From positions 17,484,001 through 17,548,000 of the forward strand of contig NC_058382.1 of NCBI RefSeq assembly GCF_018350175.1: a DNA stretch of 64,000 nt. The letters run 5' to 3'. Made by a program: the position numbers and the translations under genes. The DNA is from Felis catus (taxonomy: Eukaryota). The first letter of the stretch is position 1. Each line of letters starts with the position of its first letter. Of this stretch, positions 40,605 to 52,600 are shown piece after piece. The notes below the pieces were generated by a model that saw only the letters and a list, made by a program, of their open reading frames with translations, had not been told where the DNA came from and searched no databases.

Positions 40605-43600
40605 GAATCCCAAGCAGGCTCCACACCACCAGTGCAGAGCCTGATGTGGGGCCTGAACTCACGAACCGTGAGGTCATAACCTGAGCCAAAGTCAGAAGCT
40701 TCACTGACTGAGCCACCCAGGCACCACTAGGGTTTAACCAATCATTTTTTTCGTATCTGGTGGCCTCGAATCTCCAAGACAACTATGTCAGTCATCCCCT
40801 GGGGGGCTTTTCTTTACCTCTGAATGGATTCAAGGAGCTGCAAAGCCTTGAACAGGACGCTTTGCTTGCCGAGGGTCCATCCATCTGTGGTCTTCTGGTA
40901 ACAGCCTTCCAGTTTCTTTGGGGAATTAGCCCCACTTTTCTGTCTGTGGAGTTTCTTAGGTGATATACCTACCCTCTGGCTTCAGCTCTGGCACATGCCC
41001 CAGGTCTGGCTAGTCAGAGACAAATCAGAGTACCCCATATTTCCTGGCCTCTCTGGTTTAGGGATGGGCAAGTGGGACAATAGGAGTCAGCACTGGGACT
41101 TCTGCTGGAACTACTGAGAGAGGGGTCTGTCCTTCCACTGAGATGGCTAAACTGTACATCATAAACTTGGAGAAGAAGGGGACCACCACTGCCCAACATG
41201 CAGAAGTTATTTGAAAATGAGGCTATGCATGTCTTCAAATATCCATTCTCCATTTCTTCCCCAGAATTAGAATTTTTGGCTGCATTCAGGGATACCCAGC
41301 TAAAGATACATCTTCCAGCCTCCTCTGCAGCCAGATGGGGTCCCTTCGTGAAGTTGTGGCCAATGTGATATGAACAGAAGTGATATGTGCTACTTTTGGG
41401 TTATGCCCTTAAAGAGCGGGGCCTGACCTCCCTGTCCCTTCTTTTTCCTGGCCAACTTGCTTGAATGAAGATGTGGTGGGGAGTAGATGATCACAATACT
41501 ACAGGGGAGGTAATGATAGAAGAAACCTGTGTCCCTGACTTGGATGAGCCAAGCTGGTTATTCTTGGACTGTTCATGAGAGAGAAATAAGCTTCTATCAA
41601 ATTTAAGCCACTGTAATTTTGAGACTGTTATAGCATTTGGACCTAGAGCCTACTTGATATAGAAGCTATCATAGAAAAAGGAAAAGACAGGGATGAAAGA
41701 CAGAAAGAAACTTGAGTTCTAGTGACATCATTTGAGTCCCTGAATCCAGCCATGCGTGAAAGCCTCAGATTTAAACAATTAAAGGTAGGTATGTTCCTTG
41801 TTGTATTTAAGATACTTGGCATCCTTTTCTTCATTTACAATGGCAAATGCTGACTGATATAGTGTGGTCCAGGGAACTTTTTTTTTCTTAAGTAGGCTTC
41901 ATGCCCAGCACAGAGCCCAATGTGTGGCTCAAATCACGATCCCGAGATCAAGACTTGGGCTAAGATGAAGAGTCAGATGGTTAGCCAACTGAACCACCCA
42001 GGTGCCCCTGGGGAACATTTTATGACAAGATATGGGAAACTTTGCACCCACCCACCCATGCCTGGGGACCTCTCTTACAGGGATGTAGCGTCCACTGTGA
42101 AAGCAGCCGCAGTGGTCCTGAGACACACAGTCTGTGCCGTCAAAAATGAATCCAGGGTCACACTCACAGCCCTCATAGCATTGGGTAGAACAGTGAGCAG
42201 GGCTGGTAGGCTGGACACAGCCCCCATCACAGGTCCGTGCGCAGATGCTGTAGTGGCTCCGAGGCGGACAAGTCAGAGCTGCAGATGGATGGCAAAGGCT
42301 GGTGCTTAGGACTCAAGTTTCCCTCTCCAATCCTATTGCCTCTTGCCCCAGTCAGGCTAGCTTCCCACTGCTTTAAAAAAAATTTTTTTTAAGACATTGA
42401 TTTAGTTTTGAGAGACAGAAAGACAGAGTGTGAGTGGGGCAGGGGCAGAAAACGAGGGAAACACAGAATCCGAAGCAGGCTCCAGGCTCTGAGCTGTCAG
42501 CACAGAACCCGATGTGGGGCTCAAACTCACAAACCATGAGATCATGACCTGAGCTGAAGTCAGATGCCTAACCGACTGAGCCGCCCAGGTGCCCCCCCAC
42601 TGATATTTTTCAACTTCCACACCTTTGAAATTCCAGTTCTCTCTCCCTTGGATGCCCTTCCCCCCAACACTGCTTAGTCAATTTCATCTACATCAGGACT
42701 GCTCTGATCCCCATCAGGAGAAGGGGCTCTTCCTGCTGCCTTCAACCTGCCCCGGAGGCAACCCACACCCAGCCAGAGCACTCACGGCAAAGCTTGGGTC
42801 CCCTCCAAAGCTTCACAGGGATGCCAGCTTCCTGACAGGCTGCAGTATATGCTGTGAGGGCATCGCAGAGACCAAGGTCCTGACCATGGGTATGACATAC
42901 GTCTTGCAGGCATATCCTGAGGAAAGCCTTGGGGCTGATATGGCCCAGGCAGCGGCCAAAGGGACCATCTGGTGCCTGTAGGAGTCTACACAGTTTGGGA
43001 GCATTGAAGATCTGGGCAAGTTGCGTGGGGCAGCTGATGCTAAAGCCAAGACTGGGCTGGGGCAGTGGGCAGGGGTTAGTGACCAGGCCCCTGGACCAGG
43101 ATCTTGTGTCTAGAGGCACATCAAGGGGGCCAACTTGGCCACCGAAGGCCCCACAGAGCCCCACCAGCTGGCCGTGGAAGGTGGAAGGCACAGTTAGGCG
43201 CACCTGGCTGCCCCAGTCATACATGATATGCAGCCCACAGGCAGTGTGCACCACCACGTGGCGGCCCTCCAACGTGGCCCAGGCCCTGCCCCCCGGCAGT
43301 ACCCAGGGCAGCCGGCAGTGTTCACCATCCACCTGGGGAGGAAGAAAAGGGTCAAGACTGAGGCTGAGAAGGTTGAGCCTGCTCCCACGCCTCCCAGTAT
43401 CCTGGACATCCCTCCCAGCTGTGCCACAAATGAACTGTGAGAGTTGGGTGGAAAAGTTAGCCTCTCTGAACTTTAGTTTCTTTATTTGTAAAATGGGAGG
43501 ATCAAAGTACCTACTTCCTAGGGCTGTTGGGAGAATTAAATAAATCAACAAAAAGTACTTAGAAAAATGCTCAGCATGTGGGAAGTGCTTAATGACCTAG

Positions 43601-46600
43601 GCCAAGACCACCCAAATGCCAGTCCACTCACAGATGTGTGAGAAAGCTGGCTGAGTAAGTCACTGAGAATTTTTTTTTTGAGCTTGTTATGCAGCATTAG
43701 CTGACTAATACAGTTGCTATGAAGATTAAATGAGATGGTACAAGTAGTGCTCAGAACAGTGCCTAGCACATAATTAGCACTAAATAGGTCCCAGGGCCCT
43801 TTCTCTGGCCTTCTCTTCCTCATGAGGTCTCACCACACTTCTTTTTGAAGCTCTCTCTACTTCTGGCTGCCGAATCTCACCACACTCCTGCTTTCTCTGC
43901 TCTGTTTCGCCTAAGTTTTCATCCCCACCCATCCTAGAAGGCCCTAGTGATCTGGCCCCATCACTTCTCCAACCTCATTATCTCTTCTTCAACCCCTTAC
44001 TCACTTACTTGCTCACTCACAAGCTACACTGACTTCCTCCTATTCCTCCAACACACCAAGCACCATCCCAATTCCCTGACCTTCGCACTTTGTGTTCCCT
44101 CTGCCTGGTTTGCTCCCTCCCAGATATTCACATGGACCCCTCCCTTACCTCCTTCAGATCAGTGACTCAAATGTTACTTTGTCAGTAGAGTCTTCCTCAT
44201 CACCTATTCAAAATCCTAAACCTCTTTACACTGTTTCTGTACTCTCTCTTCCTTGTTTTATTTTTCTTTATAGTTTTCTTTTTCTTTCTTTTCTTTTTTT
44301 TTTTTGAGAGAGAGAGAGTCAGAGACAGCATGAGGTGGGGCCGGGGGTGGGGAGTGGGGGTGGGGGGCAGAGAAGGAGGGAGAGAGTAAGAATCCCAAGC
44401 AGGCTCTGGCACTGCCAGTAGTGGAGCCCAATGCGGGGCTCATACCAACCAACTATGAGATCATGACCTGAGCTGAAACCAGAGTTGGACGCTTAACCCA
44501 CTGACCCACCCAGGTGCCCCTATTCTTCGTTACAGTTCTAAACTCATCATCGGATGTACCACCTATTTTACTTATTTATATACTTATCATCTGTTTCCCT
44601 GGAGGAATGTGAGCTCTCCCAGGATTTAGTCATCATCAAATCCTCCGGCCTTTCCTGGACCACCAAGAGACTCTCCATACAATTTACTGAAATAATCCTG
44701 AATGACTAATTTTATTCAATCCTGGGTAGTAGGTGATAATGCATATCTAACAGCTACCCTTTAGTGAGCCATTACTGTGTCCCACGCAATGCTTCCACCT
44801 TGTCACATATTTGCACCATCTCTTAAGTCTTAAGGGACAGCCACGCCCACGTTACATATGGTGGGGGAAACAGAGGAACCTCCAGGAGGAAGAGGGTGGG
44901 GTGTGAGCGCGGTCCAGTGAACCCCTACCGTGATGAAGCCGACAACTGCGCGGTCTAGCTGCAGGTGGTGCCCGGAGAGGTTGAGGTGCAGACTGTGTAG
45001 CCCGGCCCCATCGCGGGCCACGTCCAGGCCGAAGGAACAGGGACCCCGGCGTGGGGTGCGGGCGAGCACTTGCAGGCAGCTCTCAGGAGAGAAGGGCGCG
45101 GGCGGGGGCAGCGTGTGCGTGCGGCCGTCGAAGGCGAGCACGTGCGCGGTCCCGGCCAGGGCGCAGCTGCCTCGGCCGTCGGGCAGGCAGCGGCGCACGC
45201 CCCCGCGCAGGCCGCACACTCGCCCGCGCCCGCACGGCCGCGGCGCGCACGTCACCACGCCGCCCGGGCGGCAGCGGCAGCGGCGTGCGCAGCCTGGCCC
45301 CGGGTACCAGACGGCGCCTAGAGCTCGGTAGCGGCCGGCGCGAAAGCAGCCGCACTTGGCCGCAGGCACGCAGGCGGCGCCGCTTAGCAAGAAGCCCGTG
45401 TCGCACACGCAGCCCTCACAGCAGCGGCTCCCGCAGGCGCCGCGGCCAGAGCGGCTCTCGCTGCCCGCGCACGTGGCTGGGCAGCACGGGCCGCACAGCT
45501 CATAGTGCGAGTGCGGCGGGCACCGTAACGCTGGGGAGACCCGCGGGGGTGCGAGGGCCAGAGCGAAATGAAAGAGATGGAGAGACGCGGGAAAGAAATA
45601 GCGGGGGACAGAGAAAGGGGTAGGCCGGGAGAGAGAAACCGACGCGAAGACAGAGACGGAGGGAGGATAGAGGGTGGGGGTGAGTGGAAGAGCAACATGG
45701 CGGGGAGAGAGGACGAGGAACGGAAAGTGGGAACACCAGGTAGAGATAGTGAGGCGCAGAAAGGGAGACACAGAGCGACACAGAGGCACGGGAGAGACAG
45801 ACAGAAAAAGAGACGGACACAAAAGACAGGAAGATCTCGTTAATTAAACTGCTGTCCCATCCAGGTCTAACTCTTCTTCAAGTCCCACCCTTCTTCACCT
45901 GGCTCCACCCAACCAGGCCTGAACTTCTTCATTGGTCCTCCCGCGTCCGTCCCTCGGTGTCCCAAATCCCAGCTCTTAGGAGTTTCATCCACTATGTATG
46001 CCAAGCCCCGCACACTCACGACAGAAGTCAGGCGTCCTCCACGGCCGCAGGTGCACATCCAGAGCCTGACAGGCGACAGTGAAGGCGGCCAGGGCTCGGC
46101 AGACGATGGGACGGGCTCCGTGGTGGCGGCACACGTCGTCCAGGCAGTTGTCCAGGAATGGGATCGGGTCCAGCGCAGCGTAGCATGGCCCCAAGGGACC
46201 CTCGGCCCCCGCCAGCAGCCCGCAGTACGCGTCTCCAGCGAATCGAGTGCGCGTGGACACTGGACACTGGTTATGGCAGAGGGGCCCGCAGACTGGGCCA
46301 CAGCCTGGCACTTCTGCCACCTTCCAGATGTCGAGCAACGGCACCGTGGGGCTGCTCGGGCCTCTTTGGGCACAGAGTCCACACAGGTAGGGTCCGTAGG
46401 GCCTCGGCAGCGTTACACGTGCCAGGCTGTCCCAATCGTAGGTGAGTGAGAGGCCGAAGTCCGTGTCTACACAGAGCTGGCGGCCTTGGTAGTAGGCACG
46501 GAGGCAGTGGCCGTGAAAGAAGGGCAGCGATTCCAGAATTCCGTCCACCTACAAGGGAGGGCATGCAGGTATCAGCAGGGGAAGGATGTAGTGGCTGTCG

Positions 46601-49600
46601 CAGAAGTTCTTGGAAATGCCAATGAAGGATCAGAGAAGGATCAAGGGGAACATCGGTTAACCAGGGTAGTCATTAGGAATCGCAAGGAGATTCAATGGAA
46701 CATCAGTAGAGGCTAAATGAAGGGTGAGTTAAAGGATCCCACCTTTGGTGGGTGAGTGTGTCAGTGGTAGAGATTAGATGATTAGAGTTAATGAGGGGGT
46801 GGAGTCAGAAGGTGAGTCAATGAGTTAATGTTACAGTCTCAGGAAGGCTTAAAGAGTGAGACTCAGTCAAAGACAGGCTCAATTGGGATATTGGAAAGCC
46901 CTGAGAATTCAGTGGAGGAATCCATATCAATAGGAAGCTCAATGGGAGAATTGGAATGGCTTGGGAACTCAATGGAAAAATCCACAGAGATGTAAATGGC
47001 ATTAATGGGCCAGTCAGTGAATCACTAGGAAGGTCAACAAATAGCTCAGTACAGATCTATGGGGTGAGGGGGGAGGTCAAGAGGACAGTAAATAGGGTTA
47101 ATGGGACAAATCAATATAACTGTAGTAGGATCAGTGGGGAGGGGCAATGAATGGGTTTGTGGGATTTTCAGTGGGAGAGAAATGGAGGGTCGGGCGCCTG
47201 GGTGGCTCAGTTAAGCGTCGGACTTCAGCTTTGGCTCAGATCATGATCTCATGGTTTGTGAGTTTGAGCCCTACCTCGGGCTATGTGCAGACAGCTCAGA
47301 GCCCAGAGCTTGCTTTGGATTCTGTGTCTCCCCCCCTCTCTCTGCCCCTCGCCAGCTTGCACTCTCAAAAATAAATAAACATTAAAAGAAGAAAGAAAGA
47401 AAGAGGGCCAATGGGGAAGTCAAGGCTGAGTCTATGGGTTAAAGGGGAGTCAACTGAGGACTCAGTGGAAGGTTAATGGGAGAATAATAGGAGACTCAAG
47501 GGTAGAAGTCTCAAATAGAAAGTTTGTGGGAAGGGATCAACAGGCAAGTCAATGAATGGGCTACTAGGAAATTGGAGTAGACATCTCTGAGAACCAGTGA
47601 GAGAGTTGATAAAGGGGGTATCAGCAGGAAAAGAGCGGTCTACAGGTTACCTGTGGGTAATGGGCATGGTGAGGGACAGTAGGTACTTATGGAGCCTTTG
47701 AAAACTCACCCGGATGTGGTTGAGATCTTCTGGACTCAGGTCCAGCCTCAGGCCACAGGCTAAGAGGGTCAGGGCCTTGGCCCAGCCACGTGGCCGCAGC
47801 AGTGGGGTCAAATCCAGGCTGAAGGGCTCAAGGTCGGCATGGGCTGTGTCACAGAGACCCGCCAGACGATAGACACAGGAGCCAGGGAATTCGTAGTGAG
47901 CTCCTCCAAATGTGTGGAAGTAGAAGTCTCCAGAGGCAGTGCACACCAGTGGCTTCTCCAGGACAGTGGGACTGGGTGAGGACTGGGCTGACAGGCAGTG
48001 GTACCAGCCACCCGTGAAGGCCTTGCAGTGACCATGGCACTTGTCAGGCCAACACTGGGGAAGTTTGCTCACCAGGGCCCCAAGGGTTGGGCAGTGGCAG
48101 TGCCAAGTACAGTTGTCTGTCCAGAAAGTACGGCCTTGGTGCAGGAAGCAGGAGCAGTGTGCAGGGGGCATGCACTGGCCGTCCTGCAGCAGGTAGCCAG
48201 GCAGGCACTGGCAGGTAGGAGCACAGGGGTGGCTACAGTGCTCTGGGGCTGAGGGGTTGGCACACGTGGCTGGACATGCAGACCCACAGGGAACAAAGCG
48301 GGAGTTTTCTGGGCACTGGGGACTGGGACTGGGGAGCAATGGTGGGGAAACCAGCGGTGGGGCCACAGAGCTAGGGGCAGGGGCCAAGGTGGCTGTGGGG
48401 GAGAGAGAAGATCAAGGACCTATGAGTCCCAGGAGTCTGGGTCACCAGTCCCCTCCTTCCCAGGATGCAGGAGTCATGCCCCAATCTCTGACCCCTGAGA
48501 CTATAGCGCTGGGCACCTTGCAATCGACAGCCTAGGACTCCATCTGTGATGCCACAGACCTCCTCCGTAGGGCAGCTGAAGGGGACACAGGCCACACCTT
48601 CCCCTAGGTGGCAGGTACAGGAGGAGGAGCAATTCTTGATGAGGATAGTCTGGCCCGGCTGTGGAGGAAGGGAGAGACGGTGAAAGGTGAGGTGGTATTG
48701 AAGGGAAGGTGTAGCCAAAGGTTCTGAGATGAGAGGATCCAAATAAACCTCTAACAAGGGCCCAAGAGGATGCTCACAGGGAAGTACAGGCCATTGTGGA
48801 AGCAAGAACAGTGGTCCACAGGGACGCAGTCACCCTTGGCGGGGAAGAATCCATCATCGCACTGGCAGCCCTCAGCGCAGGGAGTGGGGAGCTGTACCAC
48901 CTCCTGAACACCCGCACAGGCCGCGGGACAGGGGTTCACACACAGGCTGTAGTGGCTGTGTGGGGGGCACCGCATGGCTGTGGAGAGGTGGCTTGTCAGA
49001 CTCAGGCAAGCCAGGGGCCTGCCCTCCGCCTCCCCGGCACCCTCAGATTGCATCATTCCCGGAAGACCTCCCCTTAGATTAATCCTAACAGCAGTAACAA
49101 CCGGCAGTGATTGAACAGTGTCTGCGCACTATGCAGTGTGCTAGCTACTTAAGTGCATCCTAGATATGACTAATGTGGCTTCCCTGCTCTTTGTCTTTTA
49201 GGGGGTCTTTCCCCGGCAATCCCAGCCCCTGTTGAAAGGGTTGACCATTACTTGAACCACCAAGTGATCCCACCTCCTATGCTGCTTGTTTGGGTCCATA
49301 AGGAACCTGTCAGTGGATTCTAGTGGTGGAGGTCTTTTCTTGGCCTCTCTGCCCTTCTGACAATAATAACCTCCGCTTGCTTTTTGGCAACTATCCATCC
49401 TTACTTTCAACATGTGGACTGAGGCGATTCCACATCCAGGTTCCAGGGTTGTGTACAGAACCCCAGGGCTGGCTAATCAGATTATTCTTCCCTCCTCTGG
49501 TTCACAATAATTGGACAGGCGAAGCCTTGGGTGGCAAGCCTGGGACTTTAGCTGGGGTCACTGGGAAAAGGATGTTACATTTTTGCAAAGGCACTGAAGC

Positions 49601-52600
49601 TGGTAGAATTGTCAGCTTGAAGTTGCCAAAGCCTTGCGGCTACCACAAGAGGAGAATCTACTTGAGAATAAAGCTAACAGAGAGAGAATGGAAGGGAAGA
49701 AGAAGATGGACAGGGAGAAAAATGGACTTTTTAAATCTGCAGTTGAAAATTCTTAATCTAGCTAAGACTGGAGATAGAAACACCCTCAGTCTTTGCAGTT
49801 ATATGTGCTCCAAATCATTTATTCTTTCTCCCCTCAGTTTGAGTTAGGATGCTGACATCGCTATTAAGAGTCCTGCTGGATACAGTGGCCGCATTGTGTA
49901 CCCATGACCGGCTGGTTGGGTCAGGGCTGGATAAATGACCCTGACAGACAGAGGTGAGGGTGGCCATTGGTCTGTAAGTTAAGAGCAAGCCAAACATTCC
50001 CTCCAAGAACTTTTGAACCTGGAGGCAGAAAGAGAGAGACACTGACACCAAAATGATAAATTGAGGTGGGGCCAAGAGTCCATGAGGATCATGGAGGATA
50101 CACGTGGACATAGAAACGTGAAGTTGATGAGAACCTGTTAAGTGAACAAATATTCAGATGCCAGCTGAGTCATTTTCTAGGTGGGTGATACTGATCAAGT
50201 TCCTTAACCACCTATGCCTTGGTTTCCCTCATCCATAAAATGTACTTGCTTGATGGGGCTGTTGGGAGAATTGAGGGCTTAGCACCGAACGTGTATTCAG
50301 TAAGGTCAGCTGTTCTTTTCATGTTATTACTGGAACTATTTTTACATTATTGTTGGAGAGACACTATAGCATAGGGGTTGAGAGAGAGGATTCTGGAGCC
50401 AGGTGGAAAGGCCAGTTCTGCCCCCTACTGGCTGTGAGATCTGGGGGGATTCTCTGTGCCTCAGTGTCCTCAACTACAGGAGGCAGACGATTATGCCATC
50501 TCCTAGAACAGTTCTAAGATGGAGTGGGCTGACTTCAAGCACACAATACAGGTTCTCAGATCTAGTCTTGCATCCGGGTCTCCTGGAGGGCTTGTTAAAA
50601 CAGGTTGGTGGCTCCCACTCCAGAGTTTCTGATTAAGTCTGGGGCAGGGCAAGACTTTGCATTGTAAACAAGCCCTGAGTGTTGCATTGTAAACAAGCCC
50701 TGTAAACAAGCTGATGCTGCTGGTCCAGGGACTAGGATTTTAACGCAGCGCCTGATATTGAATGAGTGCTCTGTAAACGTTACCTAAGGGATAAAATCAA
50801 ATCTGTTTTCCCAACCACAGCGTGCATGGGACTCTGTCCTGTTTGGTGCTGTGTCCTTAAAATAGGCCGACACATAGTAGGTCTTCAACTAACACCTGCG
50901 TTATGACTGAAGACCAGACCAGTCTCCCGCTTTGGGACCCCACCCCGCGGGGGCGGCTCGTAAAGCCCTCTGGCAGGGGACATACGGCAAAGGCTGGGAG
51001 CCCTCCAGGGCCGCATATCCGCACCAGCCGTCTGGCAGGCAGCCACGTAGGCTTGCAGGCAGGCACAGAGCACTTTGTGGTTCCCGCGGGCGCGGCCCAC
51101 GTCGGCCACGCAGGCCTGGTAGAAGGGCTCCGGCGGCAGGAATGCGTGGCAGGGTGCCAGGGGGCCGCTGGGCTCGCGCAGGAGGTCGCAAGCGCCACGC
51201 CACGCTGCACCCGCGTCCTCGGTGGCCGGGAGGCAGCCCGAACCCGGGCAGGGACGCGGCGCGGCGCAGGGCCCGGGCCTTGGCAGCTGCAGGTCATCCG
51301 TCGCGTTGCCGTTGAAGTTGCCGCAGAGGCCGCGCGTGAGGCCGCGGTAGGCCGCAGGCAGCTCCACGCTCAGGTGGCAGCAGAGCCCGAAAAGCAGGCG
51401 CGGGCCTCCACGCACCGCGAGCACCACAGATGCGCCGCGCGCGAAGGCGCGCACCCTGCCCCCGCTCAGCGCGAAAGGCAGGCAGCGCCGCACGCCGTCC
51501 ACCTGCGGGCAGGGGTGGGGCAGCCTAGAGTCAGGGGGGAGGTCCGGGTCCGGAAGAACTGGGAGAAGACTAGTGGGGAGGAGTAGTGCGGACAGTGGGT
51601 GCGCCAGAACAGGGGAAGAGTGGGCAGGGACTGCTGGAGTGTGAAGAAGGACATGGGGTGAAGGAGAGGGGTCAAGGGGCAGGGCGTTCAAGGCAGTGCT
51701 TGGGTGTGGGTATAGTGGGAAGGTGTGGGGAAACCTGGCAAGGGGAAGGAGAGTGAGGGGAGGGAGAGTGGTGAAATGGGCCTGGAGTGCAGGGACAGAG
51801 GGGAAATTCCTTACTCAGGGACCGAAGAGAGATCTGAGGGCATCTGTGGACCTGGGGGTTGGGGCAGTAGAGCTGGGGAAGAAGAGGGAGGGGATGTGGG
51901 GACAGGAGGAGGAGGAGAGAGGAAGAGGGACCACTTTGGAGAGAAAAAGAGCGGGAAAGCTGGAGAGGAAGGGCAGTGGTGAGGTAGGGGCACCAGAGAG
52001 GGGGTTTGGGCAGCCTGGAGCAGGGGTCAGGGAAGGCTAGGTGGGTGTTGGTAAGAGGTAATGGCAGACGTAGAGCCTGAGAGGGTGCATGGAGATCCAG
52101 GTGGAGGAGGAAAAAAGGCAGAGAGGAGAGATGAAGGCTGTGGGGTGGGAGAGAGGGACAGGTGGGGTGTAGGTACGGGTGGTAGACAGAGAAAGAGGCG
52201 AGGGAAGATGGAGAGACAGCCTGAGCAGCTTGGAACAGGGATGTGCAGACCCAGCTACTGAGAGAGGGATTGAAAGGGGAAGGGGCAGAGAGAGGGAGGA
52301 AGCAGAGAAGGGAGGAGGAGGAGATTATCGGAAATGAGGTTGTTGGAGAGAGGAGAAAATCGGAAGGCGATACTCAGAGATCCCACTGGGCAGAACAGAG
52401 ACTGCCAGGCAGCTGAAAGGAGGCGGGTGACAGGGCGGGGGCTCACCGTGATGTATCCCCAGTCCTCGCAGTCTAGGCCGAAGCGGTGGCCATGCGCGCG
52501 GAGCAGCACGCGGCAGAGTTTGGGCATCCGTGGACCTGTCTCCAGCACCACCTCGAAGGGCCTCCCACCCCGAAGTCGACCCGTGCCCGTGCCTACCAAT

